The notes beneath the pieces are model-generated. The model saw only the letters and a program-made list of their open reading frames with translations, had not been told where the DNA came from and did no database searches. The position numbers and the translations under genes are program-made. Of a stretch of DNA of 64,000 nt, positions 37,302 through 47,702 are shown one piece after another. Source of the stretch: Candidatus Poribacteria bacterium (GTDB taxonomy: Bacteria; Poribacteria; WGA-4E; WGA-3G); contig JAJEGI010000021.1 in the NCBI GenBank assembly GCA_022819945.1, positions 9,310-73,309 on the forward strand. Direction: 5' to 3'. Numbering within the stretch: position 1 is the first letter of the stretch; each line of letters begins with the position of its first letter.

Positions 37302-37901
37302 TCAAATAAAAGGTTTTAACTTTTCTTTAAGCATGAGTCGGGCGCGGTTGATACGAGATTTCGTTGTACCGCTCCGAAGTTCCAATACCTCACTGATTTC
37401 ATCGTAACTCAGTCCCTGTAGATCACGAAGCACAAGCGGGAGTCGATACTGTTCTGGTAATTCCGAGATTGCGGTTTGGATAGCGTTCCGTAATTCTTTG
37501 CGTTCGAGTGCGACTTCTGGCTCAAAAGCCGGATTTGCGGGCGCACTTGCAATCAGATCGATCTGTTCTGCGTCTCCATCACTATCGCTGCCGCTGTTCA
37601 CCACGTTATCAACTTTGTACCGGTCACGTCGCCCACGGTTTCGTAGTTCATTTTTGCAGAGATTTGAGGCGATGTGATACATCCACGTCTTAAAATGTGC
37701 ACCTTCCGATTTATAGCGGTTTGCTGCTTTAAAGATACGGATGAACGTCTCCTGTGCCAGGTCCTCGGCACTATCCCTATCATTAATAAACCGAGCGATG
37801 AAATTGACGAGCGGCTGCTGATGTCGGCGTACAAGAAGCGTAAACGCGTTTTCATCGCCTTTTTGGTAGCGTTCCATTAGTTCATCGTCTAAGTCAGGCA
37901 T
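37302..37901 (-). CDS. ECF RNA polymerase sigma factor (SigW/RpoE-like)
   Basis: AEDLAQETF, FKTWMYHIA, LSYDEISEVL, TTKSRINRAR. Confidence 0.95.
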   Translation of the reverse strand: MPDLDDELMERYQKGDENAFTLLVRRHQQPLVNFIARFINDRDSAEDLAQETFIRIFKAANRYKSEGAHFKTWMYHIASNLCKNELRNRGRRDRYKVDNVVNSGSDSDGDAEQIDLIASAPANPAFEPEVALERKELRNAIQTAISELPEQYRLPLVLRDLQGLSYDEISEVLELRSGTTKSRINRARLMLKEKLKPFI

Positions 37902-37932
37902 CGGGTCCCTCCGAAGGTGCTTGTCTATAATA

Positions 37933-37958
37933 TACACCAAACAGGGGATTCGGTTGCA
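37933..37958 (-). promoter_or_regulatory. Putative autoregulatory ECF promoter
   Basis: TGCAAC-16 nt-TGTA, close to the SigW-type TGAAAC-N16-CGTA consensus. Confidence 0.5.
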
Positions 37959-38038
37959 AATTTTTTTGAGGTATATTAAAAAAGTTGGAAATTAGGTATA
38001 TTTAACGTGGGTTGACCTAAGCATTATCGTACTGGTGT

Positions 38039-40864
38039 TTAGAAAGTCTGTGTCAAACGAATCATAGATAAACGTCCGATTTCAGGGGAACCGATAAATT
38101 GCTGATGCTTACGATTGAGGAGATTTTGGACCGTCAGCGAGAGGCGTGGTCTGGGACCGATCGGCAGCTCGTAACCGGCGTTTAAATCAATTGTGTAATA
38201 GGATTCAAGTTCACCGACGTAAACGCCTGATCTCACAGGGAAACCTGCCACAAAACGTGTTCGGAGCCCTACCCCGAATCCGAGATTGGCGTTAATGTAT
38301 TGAACGCTTGCCCCGAATTTATTCTTCGGTGCGTTGAGTGCAATATCGCCGAGTCCTTCAACGTTTTCAAAGAGATCTTTACTGATATACGAATAATTCG
38401 CACCGACGCTCAAGCCTGGATTGAGGTAATAGGTAAGACTCAGATCCAACCCGTTGAGCGAAATGTCACCATAGTTCCGATAGGTGAGCATAATCGCATT
38501 CGGATCTGCTGCCTGTTCGGGTGTCACCGTGCCGAAGGGTATGAAAGCAGCACCGTTGTTATTAGTGCCTATTACTAACAATTTTACCAATTCATCAACA
38601 GGCGAACCGTCGCTATTGCCGCCTCGGGTAGGCGCGTCAAACGCAAGAAGTGCTTGCTTAAGTTCTGCGTTTGCTGGATCTTCTAACGCCGGCGTAATCT
38701 GTTCAGTCAAGGATGCACCTAACGTTACTGGATCCAAAAAGACATTTGGGGTTTCGACAACCAATGGACCGACGAAATCGTTGATTCTGGAGTGATAAAC
38801 ATCGGCGGAAAACGCCAGTTTATTCATGACAATCCCTTTATATCCGATTTCATACGTCTGTGTAATCGTCGGCTTAAGCGGGTTAACATCGTTTACACCT
38901 TCAACTTCAACAAAGTTAAATGTCTGTGGATCAAACGAGCGTAAAACATTTTTCACACCGGTCACCTGTTTTGGAATGAGGTTATCAACGCCATCAGTGA
39001 GGGCTGCGATTTCGGGTTCTTGGATCCCTTCTGCTGCTAAACTGGTTTTAAAAATTGGGAGTGCTTTGCTCAGGGCAGCACTTCTGCCGAGGTTCCACAT
39101 AACGTTGGTAAAAACTGGATCATCAAGTGGAATGTAATTCTCTGCTGGCGAATCCACTAATGGTGAGAAAGGAGATCGGAATTCCGGGCGACCATCTGTA
39201 CCTCTTTTAAAGGTGAATCCTGTTTCGGAGCGGACCCCCTGCGCGCGTATGTCGATATTCGGACTGAAACCTAATGAGGATTGAAAGTTCCCTAACTGAA
39301 ACGGATCTTCGGTTGTCAAAATATCAAGAAATAGGTCAGGGGTTCTTGGTGTATTGAAGGCACGATTATAAGTTACTCTCAGATTATGGTCATCGTTGGG
39401 TTGGAAGGCAAGTGCGACCCGCGGAGAAAGCACCATATTCTCAAGTTGGTTGTGGTTGTCAACCCGTCCGGCAGCGATGAACTTTAACTGCGGAAGGATT
39501 TTGGTCTCTGATTGCAAGTAAACACCCATCTCGTTGATATTGTCGTCCTCTTCATTCATGCCATTAATTGTCCCTTCCGTATCGGGACGGGTCAACAACA
39601 CATCGAGTCCATACGTAAAACGTTGCCAATTGCCAAAACTATAGCCGTGCTGAATCTGTCCGACGTACAGATCGGAATTATCGATGGTTGGATCACCCGT
39701 CCGCACGACATAAGAATCTCCAGCACCGCTCCGATTCCAAAAGGCTTGTGCGAAGATATCTTTGTAAATGAACCGCCCTTGGAGGTAGCCGTACGTCCAG
39801 TTTTGTGCCTGACCGGCACCAAGCCCGGTGAGTTCAATGCCGGTGGCTTGCGTGAAACCGCTGGCAATGATAGCGGTCGTGTCGTCGTTTGGACTATAAT
39901 CGACCCGAAATTCGCCGCTGGCTTTGTAAGTGTCAAATATCAGTCCGCCTTTGCCGTCAAGGTCCTCTGTTGCACGTCCCTCTTCCCAATCGTTTCCTTG
40001 AAAATAATTGCCCGAAAGTTTATAGCCGATCATCTCGTTGACAACGCCTGCGTGTCGGAGTGATCCCATAAGTATACTCCGTTCACCGCCGCCAATGCTA
40101 ATGGTTGTTCCTTGAGATGTAAAAGGTGAGCGAGTGATGATGTGCATGACACCGTTGGCACTGTTTGGACCGTAGAGTGCCGCGCCAGGCCCCGAGACGA
40201 CTTCAATCTGTTCAATATCTTCGTTTATCGTCGGGATGAAGGTGTAACTATTGACCCGCAGCGAAGGGACGCTCGCTATCCGATTATCCACAAGTGAGAG
40301 CAGCGAACCCGAAAAAACGTTGTTGAAGCCGCGAACGACAACGTAGGATGTTCCAAGTCCAGCGGTTACAACATCTACCGCACGCACCGATTTTAAATGT
40401 TCAGTAACGCTTGGTGTAACTCGATCTTTTATTTCTGAATCCGCGACAAGGGCAACCGAGGCGGGTGCCTCAAGCACTTTTTCCCGGCGGCGCGATGCCG
40501 TAACAGAAACTTGCTCAAGTTGAATAATCTCTGAAGATAGGGCGATTTCTATAGATTTCGTTTCATCAGCGGTAAGCGTGACATCCGTCAGCACTTTATC
40601 GGCATAGCCAGTTGAGGAGGTGGTAACCGTGTAGATGCCTGCAGCTAAATCCGTACTCACAAATGTTCCGCTTGCATCGCTAACGCCTGTAAAAGCATCA
40701 CCCGTCTCAGGTGTGACGACAATAGAAACACCGTTCAGTTTGTTGCCTGTTTGGGCATCTGTCACTGTGATGTTCAAAGTCGCAGCTTCCACCGACACTA
40801 CAGCAAGCCCTAAAATAATGTATAAGAGTAATGACACCATACTTAGGGGGCGCAATGATTTCAT
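38039..40864 (-). CDS. TonB-dependent outer membrane receptor with N-terminal CarboxypepD_reg-like domain
   Basis: Signal peptide, VSVTASRR, IEVVSGPGAALYG plug, NLLN, terminal Phe. Confidence 0.93.
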   Translation of the reverse strand: MKSLRPLSMVSLLLYIILGLAVVSVEAATLNITVTDAQTGNKLNGVSIVVTPETGDAFTGVSDASGTFVSTDLAAGIYTVTTSSTGYADKVLTDVTLTADETKSIEIALSSEIIQLEQVSVTASRRREKVLEAPASVALVADSEIKDRVTPSVTEHLKSVRAVDVVTAGLGTSYVVVRGFNNVFSGSLLSLVDNRIASVPSLRVNSYTFIPTINEDIEQIEVVSGPGAALYGPNSANGVMHIITRSPFTSQGTTISIGGGERSILMGSLRHAGVVNEMIGYKLSGNYFQGNDWEEGRATEDLDGKGGLIFDTYKASGEFRVDYSPNDDTTAIIASGFTQATGIELTGLGAGQAQNWTYGYLQGRFIYKDIFAQAFWNRSGAGDSYVVRTGDPTIDNSDLYVGQIQHGYSFGNWQRFTYGLDVLLTRPDTEGTINGMNEEDDNINEMGVYLQSETKILPQLKFIAAGRVDNHNQLENMVLSPRVALAFQPNDDHNLRVTYNRAFNTPRTPDLFLDILTTEDPFQLGNFQSSLGFSPNIDIRAQGVRSETGFTFKRGTDGRPEFRSPFSPLVDSPAENYIPLDDPVFTNVMWNLGRSAALSKALPIFKTSLAAEGIQEPEIAALTDGVDNLIPKQVTGVKNVLRSFDPQTFNFVEVEGVNDVNPLKPTITQTYEIGYKGIVMNKLAFSADVYHSRINDFVGPLVVETPNVFLDPVTLGASLTEQITPALEDPANAELKQALLAFDAPTRGGNSDGSPVDELVKLLVIGTNNNGAAFIPFGTVTPEQAADPNAIMLTYRNYGDISLNGLDLSLTYYLNPGLSVGANYSYISKDLFENVEGLGDIALNAPKNKFGASVQYINANLGFGVGLRTRFVAGFPVRSGVYVGELESYYTIDLNAGYELPIGPRPRLSLTVQNLLNRKHQQFIGSPEIGRLSMIRLTQTF

Positions 40865-41008
40865 GGTATTATCTCCGTTATTTAAGATATATTTTTGGTT
40901 TGCACCTCAATAGACAGTATAACAAAATCAAACAATTAGGTTAAAAATCTACGTCTATAATCCTTCAGTATAGCATATCCGAGAAAGGGATACAAGCCGC
41001 GCTTAAAA

Positions 41009-41980
41009 TCAGGATCCATCAATTATTTTTTGCAAAAAAATCTCAATCTCCGAAGGGGTTGGGAGCGAAGGAATTACGCCAATTTTTTGGGTTGCCAGTG
41101 CGCCTGCAGCGTTTGCATATCGCATGATAGGATCCAGCTGATCTCTTTCAAGCGCGGTAAGGTCCATATACTGTCTTAATTGTGTAAGCATGGCAGCGAC
41201 AAAGGCATCTCCTGCCCCGAGTGTATCCACTACATCAACCCCAAAACCGTCAACAAAACCGTCAACAAAACCGTTTGTGTAATAACATCCGCGCTCCCCT
41301 AATGTAACAACGATCAACTTCACACCGAGTTCAAGGATATGTTTAATGCCTTGTTCCAAATCGACATCATCTGTAATAAATTCCCACTCCTCATCTGAAA
41401 TTTTGACGACATCGGCGTAGGGCATCGCTTTCCATATCCAATATTTAGCATCGTCAGGGTCGTCCCAGAGCATCACCCGTACGTTTGGATCGTAAGAGAG
41501 GCGGGCGCGACCGGCTTTTGCAGCCTGAATTGCGGCGAGGGTCGCTTCTCGGGTCGGTGAGTGGCTAAGACTGACAGAACCGTAATGGAACAGTTCCGCA
41601 GACTGAATATAGTGAGTGCCAATTTCATCGGGAGAGAGTTGGATATCGGCACCCGGATGGCGGTAGAAGGTAATGTCCTTCATGCCGTCAGAACGCGTAG
41701 CGACAAAGGCTAAGGTCGTCCGAGAGATCTCATCTGCGATGAGATAAGTTGTGTCTACGGCGTTCTGTTGGAGCGTTTCTCGTAGGAAATCGCCGAACGC
41801 ATCCGCGCCGACTTTGCCGATGAACCCGGCATCCACACCGAGTTTGGCTAAGCCGACGGCAACATTGGCGGGTGCACCGCCGGGTGCTTTGACGAATCCG
41901 GGTGCTTCGGCGAGTGTTACATCAGGTATTGTGGAAACAAAATCAATAAGGAGTTCACCAATACATAAGGCTTCTGGCAT
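41009..41980 (-). CDS. PfkB family sugar kinase (fructokinase-like)
   Basis: GGAPANVA, YDPNVR, DTLGAGDAF. Confidence 0.93.
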   Translation of the reverse strand: MPEALCIGELLIDFVSTIPDVTLAEAPGFVKAPGGAPANVAVGLAKLGVDAGFIGKVGADAFGDFLRETLQQNAVDTTYLIADEISRTTLAFVATRSDGMKDITFYRHPGADIQLSPDEIGTHYIQSAELFHYGSVSLSHSPTREATLAAIQAAKAGRARLSYDPNVRVMLWDDPDDAKYWIWKAMPYADVVKISDEEWEFITDDVDLEQGIKHILELGVKLIVVTLGERGCYYTNGFVDGFVDGFGVDVVDTLGAGDAFVAAMLTQLRQYMDLTALERDQLDPIMRYANAAGALATQKIGVIPSLPTPSEIEIFLQKIIDGS

Positions 41981-41994
41981 AAAGATTTATTCCT

Positions 41995-43077
41995 TTAAAA
42001 TGTCGTGCGTAAGTCTTGTGCTTGTCCCGTTTCTGCGGATCGGTAGCCTGCATCGAAAATCTCTATAACATGCCGTGCATGCTCTGCGGTGACAATCGTG
42101 GGTTTATCCTCGCGTATCCAATCGACGAGTTGCATAATATCCTCATAGACGTGTGCTTCTTGGATATTCCGATGCGGTCCCACGACGTGCGGTAACTCCC
42201 TTTTGGGTGCGTCAATCGGTTCACCGTTAAGGGTGCTGCCTTCAATCGCTCCGCTGGTTCCATGAATCGCCAACCCGCCTTTAATTCCGTGTCCTGCTGC
42301 GGCACCGTAGATAAAACCGAAGAAAGCATCGCCGAAGTCGAGCAGGATAAAGGTGTTATCGTCCATATCGCAGGGGAGCATCTCGCCGCGGAATTCGCGT
42401 TCCTTGACCCGTACACCCGAAAACGCTGTCACACGCTTCGCGGGTCCGAGAATACCCGTCATTGTGTGCAGACCGTAGACGGTCATATCGTAGAGCGGAC
42501 CGCCGCCGGGTTTGCGGAAATACCATGCAGGATTGATATTAGAGAGCAGGTCGTCGCCGTGTCTCACGGATTCGTTTTCGTGGTATCGCCCGAAAGCAGA
42601 GCCGGTAGCTGCCCAGGTCAACGTTCCGATAGCACCTTCATTGATAAGTCTGCGAATTTCTTGGTGGATTGGACGGAGCATCTGCCCAGGGGAAGCGACT
42701 AACTTCACGCCTTTACGTGTTGCTGATTCAATCAAGTCGTCGGCTTCATCGACGGTGGTTGTCATCGTCTTGTTGAAATGTGCGTGCAGCCCGTGTTCAA
42801 TTGCGAGTTTGCCCTGCTCGTAATGCAAGCCGATGGGTGAGGCAATCGTAACGGCATCTACATGTTCATCCGCTAAGAGTGCTTCGTAGGTTTCATACGC
42901 GTATGGGACATTGAACTTTTCGGAGGCAGCTTGTGCTCTGCCGGGAACCGGGTCACAGACAGCGGTTACCTGCAATCTATCTTGAACATCGTCTTGTGTG
43001 AGATGCGGAAGGATGCCACGTACAGAGATACTCCCTACACCGATAACACCGATCCTAACTCTGTCGTTCGTTGCCAT
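41995..43077 (-). CDS. Gfo/Idh/MocA family oxidoreductase
   Basis: IGVIGVG, GGGPLYDMTVY. Confidence 0.9.
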   Translation of the reverse strand: MATNDRVRIGVIGVGSISVRGILPHLTQDDVQDRLQVTAVCDPVPGRAQAASEKFNVPYAYETYEALLADEHVDAVTIASPIGLHYEQGKLAIEHGLHAHFNKTMTTTVDEADDLIESATRKGVKLVASPGQMLRPIHQEIRRLINEGAIGTLTWAATGSAFGRYHENESVRHGDDLLSNINPAWYFRKPGGGPLYDMTVYGLHTMTGILGPAKRVTAFSGVRVKEREFRGEMLPCDMDDNTFILLDFGDAFFGFIYGAAAGHGIKGGLAIHGTSGAIEGSTLNGEPIDAPKRELPHVVGPHRNIQEAHVYEDIMQLVDWIREDKPTIVTAEHARHVIEIFDAGYRSAETGQAQDLRTTF

Positions 43078-43211
43078 AATCTTCCTCCAATTTTATGTGG
43101 TTTTCAGTTTGCCTCACAGTGAGAGTTGTCGGTTACGCTGATGTAGCGATTGCGTTTTGTGGTTCTGATACAGGGAACCCTTAACAGAGAACCGAAGACT
43201 GACACCCCGTA

Positions 43212-44096
43212 CTACTCTCGCCATGATGTTTCGTGTTGCCATCCGACAGCATTTTTGAGTTTGTCGCAATTGATAAACGATTGATGTCCCTGAAGTGTTC
43301 TCACTTTCGGGAGGAATTCAGGTTTAAAACGTTCAATCAGTTCTTGCGAAGGTTCCAAGGCGGACGTATCGTCAGCGTTGAGAAAATAGACATCGTGCGG
43401 CGGCAGCGTGTCGGCTTTTTCCATAATCAGGCGGTGTGCGCTGGCGACATCCTCACTACCCACCCAACACCAGAGCCAAGGTGTCCAAGCGGTTGTCGGT
43501 TTGGCATTCTCTGCCATCTGTTTTCGCCGTTCCTCTGGACTGATACCTGCGGGCCGTGTAATGTATGTGCGGATACCGTAGGCACGGGTATAACTTGCCA
43601 AAAGGTCTTCCCCGCACCGTTTAGAGAAGCTGTAGGAATCTTCAGGGTAACACGGGTGTTCTTCATCTATCGGTAGATAGTCTATCGGAATGTGGGTTTT
43701 GCTGATTCGGAAGCCGTGCCCTAATGCACAATTACTGCCGGACATCACGACTGTTTGGACATCTGCCTCAATTGCGGCTTGCATGAGATAGTAGGTGCCG
43801 AGCATGTTCGTTTTGAAGGTAGCATCAAAACGGATGCCTCTTTCTTCAGCATTTGCCCGTAAATCTGGGTGATCTACGGGTCCCGGTTGTGCGCCGAGGT
43901 GTTGGATCGCGTCCACGCTTTCAACGGCGCGCTGACAGTCCTCAAAGTTGTTCAGATCGCCTTGAATAAAGGGTAAGTGCGAGAATTCATCTGGTGGCGT
44001 TCTGCGCGACATCAGCACCAGTGAGTGTTCCGATGCCAATTCTCGGATGACATACGCGCCGAGTCTACCACTCGCGCCGGTTATTAATACTTTCAT
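43212..44096 (-). CDS. NAD-dependent epimerase/dehydratase family protein
   Basis: TGASGRLG, YSFSK. Confidence 0.9.
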   Translation of the reverse strand: MKVLITGASGRLGAYVIRELASEHSLVLMSRRTPPDEFSHLPFIQGDLNNFEDCQRAVESVDAIQHLGAQPGPVDHPDLRANAEERGIRFDATFKTNMLGTYYLMQAAIEADVQTVVMSGSNCALGHGFRISKTHIPIDYLPIDEEHPCYPEDSYSFSKRCGEDLLASYTRAYGIRTYITRPAGISPEERRKQMAENAKPTTAWTPWLWCWVGSEDVASAHRLIMEKADTLPPHDVYFLNADDTSALEPSQELIERFKPEFLPKVRTLQGHQSFINCDKLKNAVGWQHETSWRE

Positions 44097-44199
44097 GAAA
44101 AAATCCTTTCGTTTGTTATCTCGATCACGGATGATATAGATTTACGGAGGCGCGCACATTTCGGCGAAAACAGTCAGCGGAAATCGCCTTCACTAAATC

Positions 44200-46227
44200 T
44201 TATTCTGGTGTGAGGTCCCACAACAACACTGTACCATCTCTACTTCCGCTGGCGAGTGTTTGACCATCCGGGCTGAACGATATACTTTTAACATCTTTCG
44301 TATGTCCTCTGAAGGTACGTAGGATCCTACCGGTGCGAACATCCCATAAACGGATAGGAGTGTCCACATATCCGCTGGCGAGTGTTTGGCCATCTGGAGA
44401 AAACGCCACACTATTAACATCCTTGGTCTGCCCTATGAGTATGCGGAGGGTACGACCAGTGCCGATATCCCATAAACGAATGGTGGTGTCCGTACTCCCG
44501 CTGGCAAGTATTTCACCATCTGGACTAAACGATACGCTACGGATGCGCCCCGTATGCCCTGTGAGCGTTCTGAGAAGATCGGCAGTGCTAACATCGTATA
44601 GACGGACAGTTGCGTCCTCATTCCCACTGGCGAGTGTTTGACCATCTGGACTGAACCGCACACTAATAACACTTTCCGTATGCCCTGTGAGTGTCCTTAG
44701 AAGGTCGCCAGTGCCAACATCATATAGACGGATAGTTGCATCCCTACTCCCAGTGGCGAGCGTTTGGCCATCTGGAGAAAACGCCACACTAACGACACTT
44801 TCCGTATGTCCTGTGAGCGTCCTGAGAATCTCACCGGTGCCGACCTCCCATAAATGGATGGTGTTGTCCATACTTCCGCTGGCGAGCGTCTCACCATTCG
44901 GACTAAATACCACGCACTCAACATTCTGCGTATGTCCCGTGAGCATCCGTAGCAGGTCGCCGGTGCCAACATCATATAGACGGATAGTGTTGCGATAATG
45001 TCCGCCATCTGCGAGTGTTCGACCGTCCGGACTAAACGCCACGCTATTGATATGATATATATGCCCAGTCAGTGTCCTGAGCAGGTCGCCAGTGTTGACC
45101 TCCCATAAACGGATCGTTTGGTCTGCACTCTTACTGATGAGTGTTTGACCATCCGGGCTAAACGACACACTCTGGATCTCGCCTGTATGCCCTGTGAGCG
45201 TCTTTAGCAGGTCGCCAGTGCCGACATCATATAAACGGATAATATGGTCCCAACCCCAATTGACGAGCATCTGACTATCCGGACTAAACGATCTGCTACG
45301 GATACTTCTTGCCTGTCCTGCGAATGTCTTTAGCAGGTTACCAGTGTCGGCATCATATAAACAGAGTTTGCCGTCCCTACTCCTGCTGGCGAGGATTTGA
45401 CCGTCCGGGCTAAATGACACACTTGTGATCCAGTCCGTATGTTCCGTAAGTGTCTTTAGCGGGTCACCAGTGCCGACATCCCATAGATGGAGTTTAGTAT
45501 CCCTACTCCCAGTGACGAGTGTCCGACTATCCAGACTAAACGCCATACTTGTGATCCAGTCCGTATGCCCCGTGAGTTTCCGCAGGAGTCGTCCATTCTT
45601 TATATCCCATAAACGGATAATGTTGTCATCATTACCGGCGAGGATCTGTCCATCCGGACTAATCGCGATGTCAACGAAACTGCGCCGCTCATGGTCTGTG
45701 AACTTGCGCAGGAGTCGTCCACTCTTTACATCCCATAAACGGATAGTTCTGTCGCTACTTCCGCTGGCGAGGGTCTGTCCATCCGGACTAAATGATATGC
45801 TTCTGATCCAATCCGTATGTCCTCTGAGGGTATACAGGAGCCGCCCATTCTTTACATCCCATAAACGGATAATTTCGCTATAATCACTAATTTCGCCGTA
45901 ACCAGTACTCGCGAGAGTCTGTCCATCTGGGCTAAACAAGATTTTTGTGACATACTCCTTATGTCTTGTGAGTAGATTGCGTTCTTCACCGGTCTGTGGA
46001 TCATACAACCAAATACCGATGTTACTCGCTACTGCAAGGAGGGTGCCATCCGGGGAATACGCAACCCGACTCACGCCCCCTTTATTGAGACGCGCTTTGG
46101 CACCTTCGGGTAAACTCCACGTCCTATAGAGAGAAGCATTCACATAACCCACAAAGAGTATGAGCAGAGCGGGTAAGAAGGCAACTAACAACCGGTTCGA
46201 TTTCAGATGGCATGTTTGGGTTTTCAT
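44200..46227 (-). CDS. Secreted WD40-repeat protein (about 15 repeats)
   Basis: Signal/TM segment then repeated GH...FSPDG..LASGS.D..IRLWD units of about 42 aa. Confidence 0.95.
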   Translation of the reverse strand: MKTQTCHLKSNRLLVAFLPALLILFVGYVNASLYRTWSLPEGAKARLNKGGVSRVAYSPDGTLLAVASNIGIWLYDPQTGEERNLLTRHKEYVTKILFSPDGQTLASTGYGEISDYSEIIRLWDVKNGRLLYTLRGHTDWIRSISFSPDGQTLASGSSDRTIRLWDVKSGRLLRKFTDHERRSFVDIAISPDGQILAGNDDNIIRLWDIKNGRLLRKLTGHTDWITSMAFSLDSRTLVTGSRDTKLHLWDVGTGDPLKTLTEHTDWITSVSFSPDGQILASRSRDGKLCLYDADTGNLLKTFAGQARSIRSRSFSPDSQMLVNWGWDHIIRLYDVGTGDLLKTLTGHTGEIQSVSFSPDGQTLISKSADQTIRLWEVNTGDLLRTLTGHIYHINSVAFSPDGRTLADGGHYRNTIRLYDVGTGDLLRMLTGHTQNVECVVFSPNGETLASGSMDNTIHLWEVGTGEILRTLTGHTESVVSVAFSPDGQTLATGSRDATIRLYDVGTGDLLRTLTGHTESVISVRFSPDGQTLASGNEDATVRLYDVSTADLLRTLTGHTGRIRSVSFSPDGEILASGSTDTTIRLWDIGTGRTLRILIGQTKDVNSVAFSPDGQTLASGYVDTPIRLWDVRTGRILRTFRGHTKDVKSISFSPDGQTLASGSRDGTVLLWDLTPE

Positions 46228-46440
46228 AAGAGCTCCTTTAATGTTTTTTGATGCGCTTGGGTAACTTCGTCAAGTGTGGTTGCAAACGCTACCGACTCGC
46301 GTATTGACTGTAGATGTGGTAGTATCGCTGCTCCAATGCGATGAAGTGGTTGTGGACATCGCCAAGGTCGTCGAGTAGACTACCCAAACGTTTATTTCTC
46401 GGGTGGTGTGTATTTTACATTTGTAGGTTCGTGTACTTGT

Positions 46441-46469
46441 AGTATATCATATTATCGACTGAATCACAA
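46441..46469 (-). promoter_or_regulatory. Sigma70 promoter giving a leader of about 200 nt before the WD40 gene
   Basis: TTGTGA-17-TATACT with extended TG. Confidence 0.5.
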
Positions 46470-46567
46470 ATCATAAACACAATCGCAACATGCTTTCCTG
46501 CGTCTGCTCAAATTGGAAGGAACTGATAACAGTTCGGGTTTTTTGAAGAGCGGGTTTGCGAATTGAG

Positions 46568-46596
46568 TTGACATGGATAGAAGTATCGTCTATGAT
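46568..46596 (+). promoter_or_regulatory. Sigma70 promoter
   Basis: TTGACA-17-TATGAT. Confidence 0.65.
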
Positions 46597-46660
46597 TACA
46601 GCATTACAGCACCATTGCAAATATTGTCAAGTGAATTGAATTTTTTATGGGGGGTCAACA

Positions 46661-47695
46661 GTGTACAACGCTGAAACACATTTCAAAAGCTTATATGATA
46701 CTGTTCCGAGAGCGTATGAATTTCATGCGACGACTCGAGAAGAGTTGGTGGCATGGCAATCGAATTTTCGTCCGAAGCTGCGGGAAATCCTCGGTTTGGA
46801 TAATATGGAATCCGATCTGGAAGGATACGTCCCGAAAGCCGAACAACTCGAAGTCTTGGATCTGGACAACCATTTCCGCGAAAGTTGGTATCTGTGGGTA
46901 GAGCCGACAGTGCCTTTGCCGTTTTATCTGCTTCGACCGAAAACAGTCGAAGGCAAAGTGCCGCTGATCCTTGCACCGCACGGACATAACCATCCACATA
47001 TTTATGCAGGTATCGCTGATACGGAAGCGGAAGAGAAACATATGCTCGAAGGCGAGCGCGACATCGCACGGCAGGCGGTCGTGGAGGAAGGCTACATCGC
47101 TATCGCGCCAACGACACGCGCTTTCGGTGAAACGCGTACTGATGCGGATAAACAAGCCAATAATACGCACTCTTGTCGGCACCAGTTGGTTCATAGCATA
47201 CTCGTCGGGCGGACCCCGATTGGTGAGCGGGTGTGGGATATGTCGCGGCTCATTGATTGGGCAACGGCGAACCTACCGGTAGATGCCGAACGGATCGCGA
47301 TTACGGGCAATTCTGGGGGCGGGACGGTATCACTTTTCGCAGCGGCATGCGAAACCCGTATCGCAGTTGCGGTGCCGAGCTGCTATTTCTGTACGTTTGA
47401 AGGGAGCATCGGCATGATCCGACACTGCGAATGCAACTATGTGCCGGGGGTCATGCGGCTTGGAGAGATGTACGATGTCGCAGGCTTAATCGCACCGCGT
47501 CCGTTTTGCGCAATCGCGGGACGCGATGACGGGATTTTCCCGATAGATCACGTTGAGTTCGCTTATGAGCGACTGAAAACTATCTATGAGGTTGCTGGCG
47601 TTGCAGATAGATGTGAACTCTTTATCGGGGACGGTGGACACCGATACTACAAAGCGGGTGCATGGCCCTTCGTGCGGCGGTATTTCCAGAATTAG
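46661..47695 (+). CDS. Alpha/beta hydrolase (dienelactone hydrolase/acetylxylan esterase-like)
   Basis: HGH, GNSGGG nucleophile elbow, D..FP, GGH. Confidence 0.88.
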   Translation: MYNAETHFKSLYDTVPRAYEFHATTREELVAWQSNFRPKLREILGLDNMESDLEGYVPKAEQLEVLDLDNHFRESWYLWVEPTVPLPFYLLRPKTVEGKVPLILAPHGHNHPHIYAGIADTEAEEKHMLEGERDIARQAVVEEGYIAIAPTTRAFGETRTDADKQANNTHSCRHQLVHSILVGRTPIGERVWDMSRLIDWATANLPVDAERIAITGNSGGGTVSLFAAACETRIAVAVPSCYFCTFEGSIGMIRHCECNYVPGVMRLGEMYDVAGLIAPRPFCAIAGRDDGIFPIDHVEFAYERLKTIYEVAGVADRCELFIGDGGHRYYKAGAWPFVRRYFQN

Positions 47696-47702
47696 TGTGA
47701 AC

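Noticed and set aside
44200-46100. Regularly spaced DNA repeats resembling an array
   Set aside because: The period of about 126 bp is the coding WD40 repeat; there are no unique spacers or cas genes, so it is not CRISPR.
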